Part shown: in pieces, positions 56,012-64,000 of the stretch
Position numbering within the stretch: the stretch's first letter is position 1
Layout of the letters: every line of letters starts with the position of its first letter
NCBI GenBank assembly: GCA_039798785.1
Contig: JBDKFG010000003.1
Span: 1-64,000 of the forward strand
Origin: Verrucomicrobiota bacterium
Lineage (GTDB): Bacteria; Verrucomicrobiota; Lentisphaeria; Lentisphaerales; Lentisphaeraceae
DNA length: 64,000 bases
Direction of reading: 5' to 3'
The notes under the pieces: generated by a model
Databases searched by the model: none
The model's input: only the letters and a program-made list of their open reading frames with translations
What the model was told of the DNA's origin: nothing
Translations under genes and position numbers: made by a program

Positions 56012-57304
56012 TCAGCGCACTTTGAAGATGGGTTGAATGGGGGCGCAGCCGAGCAGTAAAGGGAGCTCGCCGCGGGAAAGGGCGGCGGCCATCTCTTCGA
56101 AGACCTGATTGTAGGCGGCGGCGATCTTTGCGACCTCGGCGTCACCCAGGGCGTAGGAGACGTTATGCGAGGAGTTGATCATAATGCCCTTGGCGAGCAT
56201 GCGACGGATGAAAAAGGTCTTGAGCTCGGCGGCGCTGGCGCCGGGGGCGTCCTTCCAGACAATCAGCTGCCAGGGCGGCAGACCGGTGAGGGAGTAGCAG
56301 TGCTCCAGACCGTGGCGACGGGCGGCTTCGAGGGCGATGCCGGCGACTTCGCGCCCGCGGCTCCACAGGGTGTCCACCACTGGCTCACGCTTGACTTTGA
56401 GCAGGACCGCCTTGGCGGCGGCGAGAGAGAGGGCTTCACCACCGGCGGTGCCGGAGAAGAAGATATCATCCATCTTCGCCATGACGTCGGCGCGACCGAC
56501 GACGGCGGAGATGGGCATGCCGTTGCCGAGAGCCTTGCCGAAGGCGGCGAGGTCGGGGGTGACGCCGAAGAGCTCCTGGGCGCCCCCATTGGCGAAGCGG
56601 AAGCCGGCGATGACCTCGTCGAAGATGAGGAGGGCGCCATGGCGGGCGCAGAGTTCCTTGACCTTGTGGAGGAAGCCATCCTTGGGCTTGGCGGCGTTGG
56701 CTGGTTCCATGATGACGGCGGCAAATTCACCCGGATGTTGATGGAAGAGGGCGTCGAGCGAGTCGAGGTCGTTGTAGACGAAGGAATGAGTCAGGGCGCA
56801 GACGGCATCCGGCACACCGAGTTTTCGGGTGGTGGAGCCGATGTACCAGTCCTGCCAGCCGTGGTAGCCGCAGACGGCGACGCGGTCCCGGTGGGTGAAG
56901 GCTCGGGCCAGGCGGATGGCGGCGGAGGTGGCGTCGGAGCCGTTCTTCCCGAACCGCACTTTTTCGGCGCAGGGAATGATGTCGATGAGCAGCTCGGCGA
57001 CTTCCGCCTCGAGGGTGGAGGGCATCGAGAAGATGATTCCCTTGGCGAGCTGGTCGCGGATGGCGGCGTCGACATCGGGATCGCAGTAACCGAAGAGGAT
57101 GGGCAGCAGGCTGGAGACCAGGTCGACGTATTCGTTGCCGTCGATGTCCCAGAGGCGGGCGCCGGCGCCGCGCTCCATGAAGAGGGGGGCATGGCCCTTG
57201 GGGTACTGGAGGTGCGATTTCGAGAAGGTCTGCGAGGCCAGGGGAATGGACTGGAGGGCTCGCTCGAAGAAGGCGTTGGACTTGGCGTAGCGGGGGTCGG
57301 ACAT
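56012..57304 (-). CDS. Class III aminotransferase (GSA aminomutase-like, glycan-locus type)
   Basis: SQTFSKS, DIDGNEYVD, FGKNGSDAT, GYHGWQDW, FDEV, FGKALGNG. Confidence 0.88.
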   Translation of the reverse strand: MSDPRYAKSNAFFERALQSIPLASQTFSKSHLQYPKGHAPLFMERGAGARLWDIDGNEYVDLVSSLLPILFGYCDPDVDAAIRDQLAKGIIFSMPSTLEAEVAELLIDIIPCAEKVRFGKNGSDATSAAIRLARAFTHRDRVAVCGYHGWQDWYIGSTTRKLGVPDAVCALTHSFVYNDLDSLDALFHQHPGEFAAVIMEPANAAKPKDGFLHKVKELCARHGALLIFDEVIAGFRFANGGAQELFGVTPDLAAFGKALGNGMPISAVVGRADVMAKMDDIFFSGTAGGEALSLAAAKAVLLKVKREPVVDTLWSRGREVAGIALEAARRHGLEHCYSLTGLPPWQLIVWKDAPGASAAELKTFFIRRMLAKGIMINSSHNVSYALGDAEVAKIAAAYNQVFEEMAAALSRGELPLLLGCAPIQPIFKVR

Positions 57305-57307
57305 GGA

Positions 57308-58063
57308 TCAACTCCGGATATCTTGCTGCAGCGACTTAAGGTAGCCTTCGTTGCGGAGGATGTTGCCGTTGATCGAGGAGAGGGAGGGCTCTTTTTCCAG
57401 GATCTCGAGAATGTCCGCCATGCCGAAGCCGGGTTTCTTCGAGAAGAGCCGAGCGTAGATCGTGCGGACGAATTCGAGATCTCGGGGCTCATCGACGGTC
57501 CAGCGCAGGTAGCCGAGGTCGACCTCGTTTTTCAGGCACTCGCGGCGGTAAGAGCTGTTCTGGCGCAGCCAAGGAGTGACATGCTCGCGCTGCGACTTAA
57601 GAGAGGCGGAACCGAGGGCTTCGAGAAGGCAGGAGTAGCGCATGACTTCGCAGTCGAGACCGTCGGGGAAGGTCGCGGTCTCGCAGTTGTTGGTGTAGTC
57701 GGCGCCAGAGTCGAGGTGGAGGCGGAGGGTGGCATCGATGACGGCGGCATCCGCCAAGGGGCAGTCGCCGGTGAGGCGGACGACGTGGGCGGGGGCAAAA
57801 GGGGCGGCGGCGCCGGCGAAGCGGGCGAGGACGTCATCGAGCTCGCCGCGGTGGACCGGAACGCCGTCGGCGGCGACGGTGGCGGCCAGCTCGTCGTCGC
57901 TCGGGTCGTCGCTGGTCGCCAGGACCAGCTTCTCGATCAGGGCGGAACGGCGGAGGCGTTCGATCTGGCGCAAGATCATCGGCCGTCCCTCGATGTCGAG
58001 CAGGACCTTGCGAGGCAGGCGTGAGGAGCTGGATCGTGCCTGGAGGATGGCGAGGATGTTCAT
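57308..58063 (-). CDS. spsF: SpsF-type cytidylyltransferase
   Basis: QARSSSSRLPRKVL, DVLARF, RLTGDCP, PDGLD, REHVT, RWTVDE. Confidence 0.85.
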   Translation of the reverse strand: MNILAILQARSSSSRLPRKVLLDIEGRPMILRQIERLRRSALIEKLVLATSDDPSDDELAATVAADGVPVHRGELDDVLARFAGAAAPFAPAHVVRLTGDCPLADAAVIDATLRLHLDSGADYTNNCETATFPDGLDCEVMRYSCLLEALGSASLKSQREHVTPWLRQNSSYRRECLKNEVDLGYLRWTVDEPRDLEFVRTIYARLFSKKPGFGMADILEILEKEPSLSSINGNILRNEGYLKSLQQDIRS

Positions 58064-58941
58064 GTGAGTTTCCAGAGGGCGGGATTGAGAATCGCGGGAT
58101 CGTCCACTGCCCATTCGGCGAAGTCGTCCGGCCCGAGATCGGGAGCGGTTTCCCAAGCGGCGAGGATCTCAGCCAGTTCGCGGCAACTGGTGACGCCGAG
58201 GACGAGGCGGCTGAAGTGTCCGACGCTCTTGCCAAAGGCGAGGCAGAGGGCCAGTGGGCTGCATCCGAGGTTGCCTGCCCAGGCGTGGAACCGCGCATGG
58301 TGATCCTTCCAGGGGGCGAAGTAGGTGGCGAGTTCCGCCGTCGGCATCAGCAACAGGCCCTGGAGGAAGAGCGAGCGGACGTGGATCTCGCAGCCCGCCT
58401 GTTCCAGTCTAGCGACGTGGCCGCTGCGGAGAAGTCGCTGGTCCCAGGCGCTTGCTGGCAACTGGATGACGCGGGCGGCGCCGTGCTCTAGAGCCAGGTC
58501 GATGTCGGCGGCGGTGTAGACCGAGACGCCCCAGCGTCCGGTGGCGCCTCGGGCTTCCGCTTCGTCGAGGGCGGCGCGGATTTGCGGCCACTCGGGGTGG
58601 ACGAGGTCGCCGGGGTGGTGGAGGAGCAGGGTGTCGAGGGATCTGAGGCCGAGGCGCTGCAGCGATCCGTCCAGGCTGGCGCGGATGAAGTCTGCTGCGT
58701 CGCTCGGAGGCAGTCTGGGGATCTTGGAGACGATGCGAAAACGAGAGCCCGCGCCCAGGCCGCCGAGGACTTCCTCGCTCGTGCCATAGGCGGCGGCGCT
58801 ATCGAGAAGGTCGATGCCGCGGGCACTGGCGAGGTCGAGAATGGCTGCGGCCTCTGCGGGAAGGATCTGGCCCGCCCGGTTGGAGACGCCGTAAGGGAGC
58901 CCGAATTGGACGGTCCCGAGGGCGAGCTTACAGGGTCTCAT
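58060..58941 (-). CDS. Aldo/keto reductase
   Basis: LGTVQFGLPYG, DSAAAYGTSE, GVSVY, HVRSLFLQGLL. Confidence 0.88.
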   Translation of the reverse strand: MRPCKLALGTVQFGLPYGVSNRAGQILPAEAAAILDLASARGIDLLDSAAAYGTSEEVLGGLGAGSRFRIVSKIPRLPPSDAADFIRASLDGSLQRLGLRSLDTLLLHHPGDLVHPEWPQIRAALDEAEARGATGRWGVSVYTAADIDLALEHGAARVIQLPASAWDQRLLRSGHVARLEQAGCEIHVRSLFLQGLLLMPTAELATYFAPWKDHHARFHAWAGNLGCSPLALCLAFGKSVGHFSRLVLGVTSCRELAEILAAWETAPDLGPDDFAEWAVDDPAILNPALWKLT

Positions 58942-59584
58942 AAGCCAGGGAAGACACTTTCTTAAAAAGGTACAGACCGATTGTGTCGTCGGGATCGACG
59001 GGAGTGCGCGAAAGTCCATGGTCGTGCACTGAGAAAGACAAAAGCTGCCATCCTGGATTGGCTTCGAAGAGCTTGCCGTAGTCGCATTTGTAGGAGTAGT
59101 AGCCATCGAAGTGTTTATAGGGCTTCTTATAGGGCTTTTTCGAATAGAAGTCGTAGATGATGAGGAAGCCGCCGTCGCGGAGGCTGCGCTCGTATTCGGC
59201 GCAGATTTTGTAGAGATCCTTGCGGTCGGCCAGGTAGAGACAGAAGCCAGAGATCAAGAGGTCGCAAGAGGCGTCGGCCACGGGGAGCTTGTCGGCCGTT
59301 CCCTGATGGAATTCAACTTCGGGGAAAGTTTGCCTGCCGTGATCGATCGCTTGCCGGGAAGGTTCGAGGCCGACAACCCTGGCTCCTGTGATTTGTCTAA
59401 GATGGTGAAGCCGATAGCCGAAGGAGGAGCCGGTCTCGAGTATGGATTCTGGTCGCAGATCGGTCAGACCGATGAGCTGGACTATGGGATCGGTAGCAGG
59501 ATTCCAAAGCTGCAACTTCTCCAGGTTTCTTGTGAACCAGGAATCGCCTTCGCTGTCGAGGAAAAGTTGTTTCTGGTCGATCAT
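58928..59584 (-). CDS. Class I SAM-dependent methyltransferase
   Basis: EGDSWFTRN, LETGSSFG, GLEPS, GFCLY, IYDF. Confidence 0.82.
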   Translation of the reverse strand: MIDQKQLFLDSEGDSWFTRNLEKLQLWNPATDPIVQLIGLTDLRPESILETGSSFGYRLHHLRQITGARVVGLEPSRQAIDHGRQTFPEVEFHQGTADKLPVADASCDLLISGFCLYLADRKDLYKICAEYERSLRDGGFLIIYDFYSKKPYKKPYKHFDGYYSYKCDYGKLFEANPGWQLLSFSVHDHGLSRTPVDPDDTIGLYLFKKVSSLAYETL

Positions 59585-60726
59585 AGTAGGCTCCTGAGGG
59601 TGTCCACGACTTTGCGGAATTGCGGCTGAGTAATCACCGGGAACATCGGCAGGGAGATGGCTCCGGCGTAATAGGCTTCCGCCGCAGGAAACTGTCCTTC
59701 CTGGAAGCCTAGCCGGCGGTAGTGCGGCTGGGTGTGCACCGGGATGTAGTGGACGTTGACGCCGATGCCGGCGGCGCGCAGGCTCTTGAAGAGCTCGAGG
59801 CGGCGGGCGGGTTCGTGCAGCTGGATGGTGAAGAGGTGGTAGGCGCTACGGGTGTCGGCCTGCTCGGCTTGCCAAGACAGAGGCAGGCCTTGCAGGGCTT
59901 CCTGGTACTGCCTGGCAATCTCATTGCGGCGGCTGACATATTCATCCAGACGCTCAAGCTGGCTACGGCCGAGGGCCGCCTGCAGATCGGTCATGCGGTA
60001 GTTGTAGCCGAGATCGATCTGCTGGTAGTACCAAGGGCCCTGGCTGTCGCCGTCCATCTGCGCCGGATCGCGGGTGATGCCGTGGGAGCGGAAGAGCTGC
60101 AGCTTGCGGGCGAGTTCGGGGTCGCGGGTCAAGGCCATGCCGCCTTCGGCCGAGGTGACGATCTTGACCGGGTGATAGCTGAAAATGGTGATGTCGCTGC
60201 ATTGGCAGCTGCCGACGGCTTGGCCGCGATAGCTGCCGCCGACGGCGTGCGAGGCGTCCTCGATGATCTTGAAACCGAAGCGCCGGGAAAGGGCTTGAAT
60301 GGCGGCCATGTCGCAGGAGAGGCCGCCGAAATGCACCGGTACGACGATGGCGGGGAGCCTTCCGGTCTTCTCGGCGGCGAGGAGCTTCTCCTCCAACTTG
60401 AGCGGGCAGAGGTTCAAGGTGGCCGGGTCGATGTCGACGAAATCGACCTGGGCGCCGCAGTAGAGGGCGCAATTGGCCGAGGCGACGAAGGTGTTGGGCG
60501 AGGTCCAGAGGCTTTGTCCTGGACCCAGGCCCAGGGCCGCACAGGCGGCATGCAGGGCCGAGGTGGCGCTGTTCATAGCCACCGCAAAAGGTGCCCCGGA
60601 GAGACGGGCCTGCTCTTGTTCAAACTCCGGAACGGCGGGTCCCTGGGTCAGGAAATCCGAGCGCAGGACCCTAAGCACCGCTTCTTCGTCCTCCCGGGTG
60701 ATTTCCTGTCTGCCGTAGGGGATCAT
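59581..60726 (-). CDS. pseC: UDP-4-amino-4,6-dideoxy-N-acetyl-L-altrosamine transaminase
   Basis: MIPYGRQ, LTQGP, NSATSALH, EDASHA, SYHPVK, GYNYR, VHYIP. Confidence 0.93.
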   Translation of the reverse strand: MIPYGRQEITREDEEAVLRVLRSDFLTQGPAVPEFEQEQARLSGAPFAVAMNSATSALHAACAALGLGPGQSLWTSPNTFVASANCALYCGAQVDFVDIDPATLNLCPLKLEEKLLAAEKTGRLPAIVVPVHFGGLSCDMAAIQALSRRFGFKIIEDASHAVGGSYRGQAVGSCQCSDITIFSYHPVKIVTSAEGGMALTRDPELARKLQLFRSHGITRDPAQMDGDSQGPWYYQQIDLGYNYRMTDLQAALGRSQLERLDEYVSRRNEIARQYQEALQGLPLSWQAEQADTRSAYHLFTIQLHEPARRLELFKSLRAAGIGVNVHYIPVHTQPHYRRLGFQEGQFPAAEAYYAGAISLPMFPVITQPQFRKVVDTLRSLL

Positions 60727-60728
60727 CT

Positions 60729-61742
60729 TCAGGCCTGGAAATCCGGGTCGACATGCTGGCGGATCAGGGTCCGGATCTCCTCGATGCCGAGCCACTGGGT
60801 GTTGCGACCGGAGTTGATGCTGAAGCCTGGCTCGACCTGGGTGGCGCGATTCTGGCTCAGATAGTCCTGGAGCGACCAGGATTGGCCGCTGACCGGCAGG
60901 ATGGCGTAGTACTTGCCGAGGTCGACGGTGGAGAAGGAGTCGGATTCGGTGATCATCTCTTCGTGGATCTTCTCGCCGGGGCGGATCCCGACCAGCTTGG
61001 TGGGGACGCCGGGGGCGATGGCTTCGGCCAGCTCGAGGATGCGGTAGGAGGGGATCTTGGGGACGAAGATCTCGCCGCCCCAGGAGTTGTTGATGGCGTA
61101 GGCGACCATTTCGCAGGCCTCGTCGAGGGTGATGTTGAAGCGGGTCATGCGTTCGTCGGTGATCGGCATGACCCCGGATTTGCGCTGCTTGAGGAAGAAG
61201 GGGATGACCGAGCCGCGGGAGCCCATGACATTGCCGTAGCGGACGACCGAGAAGCGGATGTCGTGGGCGCCTTTGACATTGTTGGCAGCGACGAAGAGCT
61301 TGTCGGAGCAGAGCTTGGTGGCGCCGTAGAGGTTGATCGGCGCCGCGGCCTTGTCGGTGGACAGGGCGACGACCTTCGAGACGCCGCATTTCAGAGCGGC
61401 GGAGATGACGTTTTCGGCGCCGATGATGTTGGTCTTGATGAATTCCGAGGGATTGTACTCGGCGGCGGGAACCTGTTTCAGGGCGGCGGCGTGGATGACG
61501 ATGTCGACCCCTTCGAAGGCGCGGACCAAGCGGGCTTCGTCGCGGACGTCGCCGAGGAAGTAGCGCATGATCGAACCCGGCGTTTCGTCGGAGTGAAGCT
61601 GCCGCATGTCATGCTGCTTCAGTTCATCGCGGGAGAGAATGATCAACTTCTTCGGCTTGCCCCGGGCCAATATGTATTCGACCATGGCTTTGCCGAACGA
61701 ACCGGTGCCGCCGGTGATGAGGATGGTTTTCTGGTCGAACAC
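60729..61742 (-). CDS. pseB: UDP-N-acetylglucosamine 4,6-dehydratase (inverting)
   Basis: TGGTGSFG, SRDELKQ, AALKQVP, LSTDKA, RYGNVMGSRGSV, RPGEK. Confidence 0.95.
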   Translation of the reverse strand: MFDQKTILITGGTGSFGKAMVEYILARGKPKKLIILSRDELKQHDMRQLHSDETPGSIMRYFLGDVRDEARLVRAFEGVDIVIHAAALKQVPAAEYNPSEFIKTNIIGAENVISAALKCGVSKVVALSTDKAAAPINLYGATKLCSDKLFVAANNVKGAHDIRFSVVRYGNVMGSRGSVIPFFLKQRKSGVMPITDERMTRFNITLDEACEMVAYAINNSWGGEIFVPKIPSYRILELAEAIAPGVPTKLVGIRPGEKIHEEMITESDSFSTVDLGKYYAILPVSGQSWSLQDYLSQNRATQVEPGFSINSGRNTQWLGIEEIRTLIRQHVDPDFQA

Positions 61743-61888
61743 GGGAAACTCCTAAGAATACGCATTGTAACGGCACCTAAGTTGGTCTTGGATGCCTCAT
61801 GCGCAAGCGACGCGGCAAAAAAAAGCCTCCACAGCCCAGGCTCCTTCTTGTCCTCCACACTGAAGCCGCTAGACTAGGGCAACTTCCA

Positions 61889-62800
61889 ATGGATCCCCAT
61901 TCTCCAATGCCTGCCCCGACCGTCAGCGTCATCATCCCTGCCTACAACGCGGCACGCTTCATCGGACGCACCATGGATTCCGTCTCTCGCCAAAGTTTCG
62001 ACGATCTGGAAATCATCGTCGTCGACGACGGCTCCACTGATGACACCGCAGAGATCGTTCTCAGTCATCCCGATCCGCGGATCCGGCTCATCCGGCAGGC
62101 CAACGCCAGTCAAGCGGCGGCGCGAAATCGGGGCATCGCCGCCAGCTCAGCACCTTACCTGAGCTTCCTGGATGCTGACGACCTCTGGACGCCGGACAAA
62201 CTGGCCAAGCAGGTCGCTGCGATGGGTGACGTGGATCTGTGCTGCACTGATGGATCCTCAATTGACCTCGAAGACGCCTTGATCCAAACCGGTATCTTTC
62301 CCGGTCATTCAGGCGCTGTCTGGGAGAAGTTGCTGACCAGAAACTTCATCGCCTGCTCATCAGTGATGCTCAGGCGTTCCGCTTTAGAACCTCTCGACGC
62401 GTACTTCCGGTTAGGGCGTCAAGGGTGTGAAGATTGGGACTTATGGCTCAGGGTGGCCGCAAGAGGAACTGTGCGACACCTGGCGGAAAATCTTCTGCTA
62501 TACCGTATCCATCCGGGGAATATCAGCAAAAGACTGGATTTGATGATCGCCAGCCAGAACCAAGTCCTCGAAGACGCCGCGGCAGCTCCACCTTTTGGCT
62601 TGCCGCCAGACCTGTTAGCCAAGAAAATCCGCCGCGCCAAAGTCCTGAATTCGATCCGGCATGGCCACCTCTGTCTGGCCACCCAACCTGACCAAGCTCA
62701 ATCCTACTTCACTTCCGCGATCCGCACCGAATGGTGGTACTGGAGAAGCTACTGGGGGCTCGCCAAAACTTTTCTCCTCAAGGCCAGAAACTCTCCATGA
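61889..62800 (+). CDS. GT2 glycosyltransferase
   Basis: VIIPAYN, VDDGSTD, FLDADD, EDWDLWLR. Confidence 0.92.
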   Translation: MDPHSPMPAPTVSVIIPAYNAARFIGRTMDSVSRQSFDDLEIIVVDDGSTDDTAEIVLSHPDPRIRLIRQANASQAAARNRGIAASSAPYLSFLDADDLWTPDKLAKQVAAMGDVDLCCTDGSSIDLEDALIQTGIFPGHSGAVWEKLLTRNFIACSSVMLRRSALEPLDAYFRLGRQGCEDWDLWLRVAARGTVRHLAENLLLYRIHPGNISKRLDLMIASQNQVLEDAAAAPPFGLPPDLLAKKIRRAKVLNSIRHGHLCLATQPDQAQSYFTSAIRTEWWYWRSYWGLAKTFLLKARNSP

Positions 62801-62874
62801 CGCAACTCCCGCCTCTTCTGTCTCACTTTTTCGCCTAGCCTGAATCCATAGACAAACTGAACACGGAAATAACT

Positions 62875-63966
62875 ATGAGCGAAAAAAATCGGGTGCTATT
62901 CTTTGATGATGCGGAACAGTTTGGTGGTGGCCCGCTGGCAATGTCAGGGATAATGACCCATTTTGGCGGCGAGAGAGTCTTGCTCCGTCGCTTTGCTTGC
63001 GGAGAAGAAGAGTCCCGCTACCCCGCGGAAATTATTTTGCGCCTGCCTCATTTCTCCTATCCGCGGCACCTATCCTCTCCGGTGACCCAGCTTTTCTTCC
63101 TGCCAAAGCTGATTTTTTACATCGCGACCATACTGTGGATGCTAAGACGAATGCGTCCCCATTTGGTTTTTGCTAATACATTGCTTAGCTTGATCCCCCT
63201 TGCAATTTGTGCCAAGGTATGGGGCGCCCGCCTCGTCTGGTGTGCTCACAGTTCAGACATCCCGAATAACCGAAGCCTTCGGCGCCTGGTGAAACAAGCC
63301 AAACTGGTTTTGTGCGTGAGTGAAGTCGTGCGTGATCGCGTCGCCGCTTTGGATTCGTGCATCCCCACCTTGATCGTCCACAATAGCGCCGAAGCCAAAG
63401 GCGATAATCTGCCTAAAGCTCTCCCCGGAGACATCCGATTGGGATATGTCGGTCGCCTGTCCGAGGAAAAAGGCTTGGACGTATTGTTGCGAGCCATGGC
63501 CCAGCTAGACCAGCGATTCGTCTTGACTTTGGTCGGAGATGGCCCGGAACGACATCGTTTGATACAATTGAGTCAGGAATTAGGCATTGCCGAACAAGTC
63601 AATTTCGTCGGCATGAAGTCGGAGCTGCTTCCCTACTATCTGGGATTTGACTTCCTCTGCCTGACCTCCCCTCAAGAAGGCAATCCGCTCGTTGTGATCG
63701 AAGCTTTGAACGCCGGGATCCCGGTGATCGCCACACCCAGCGAAGCCTTGGTGCGGGTTTTCGGCGATCTCTCGCCCGTTCATCTCGCCGCTGATTTCAG
63801 CCCCGAATCGGTGGCCAAAATGATTTCTGCGTGTGCCGGTCAAAAACGCCCGGAAGAGCAAGAGTTCCACCGAGCACGTCAACGCTTTTCTCGAGCTGCG
63901 CAGCGCAAAGCTTTACAGAGGGAGTTCGAGGCTTGGCTGGCGCCGCAATCTAGCAATCGCTCCTAG
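62875..63966 (+). CDS. GT4 glycosyltransferase
   Basis: VGRLSEEKG, VGDGP, EGNPLVVIEA. Confidence 0.9.
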   Translation: MSEKNRVLFFDDAEQFGGGPLAMSGIMTHFGGERVLLRRFACGEEESRYPAEIILRLPHFSYPRHLSSPVTQLFFLPKLIFYIATILWMLRRMRPHLVFANTLLSLIPLAICAKVWGARLVWCAHSSDIPNNRSLRRLVKQAKLVLCVSEVVRDRVAALDSCIPTLIVHNSAEAKGDNLPKALPGDIRLGYVGRLSEEKGLDVLLRAMAQLDQRFVLTLVGDGPERHRLIQLSQELGIAEQVNFVGMKSELLPYYLGFDFLCLTSPQEGNPLVVIEALNAGIPVIATPSEALVRVFGDLSPVHLAADFSPESVAKMISACAGQKRPEEQEFHRARQRFSRAAQRKALQREFEAWLAPQSSNRS

Positions 63967-64000
63967 TCGCCTTATCGTGAAGCGCCGCAACCCTGAACTT

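Noticed and set aside
60727..61389. N-terminal extension of the 602-aa ORF 59581-61389
   Set aside because: Alternative frame of pseB; pseC starts at 60726

Overview
Bacterial chromosomal window, mostly high-GC and gene-dense. The gene repertoire (HTH-fused PTS IIA, mitochondrial-type aconitase, Zn-ribbon Ser/Thr kinase, NatB-CPBP fusion) suggests the PVC superphylum; this is inference only. 1-39 kb holds housekeeping, transport and signalling genes: yhbY, hutD, a dihydroorotase-like enzyme, a papain-like protease, an HtrA/PDZ protease, aconitase, an ECF sigma module, xth, an Ssu/Tau-type ABC transporter, vapBC, purM, a REC/HDOD/class III cyclase trio, an orphan XRE-S24 repressor, clpP plus a kinase, natAB/gltS/rseP and rpe. 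39-64 kb is a surface-glycan locus with two convergent operons: rfbBA, an AAA-PD-(D/E)XK gene, a degenerate pseG copy, an ABC flippase and CDP-3,6-dideoxyhexose genes on the plus strand, and a pseudaminic-acid pathway with extra tailoring enzymes on the minus strand. The most unusual signal is non-coding. Intergenic DNA carries several families of miniature inverted-repeat and REP-like elements. These include a 570-bp nested element whose removal restores an interrupted reading frame, a 136-bp element with a perfect 7-bp target duplication, and a truncated REP-associated transposase joined to another IS remnant. Two reading-frame lesions were also found (DUF4177-like gene, pseG paralog). No rRNA, tRNA or CRISPR array was recognised.
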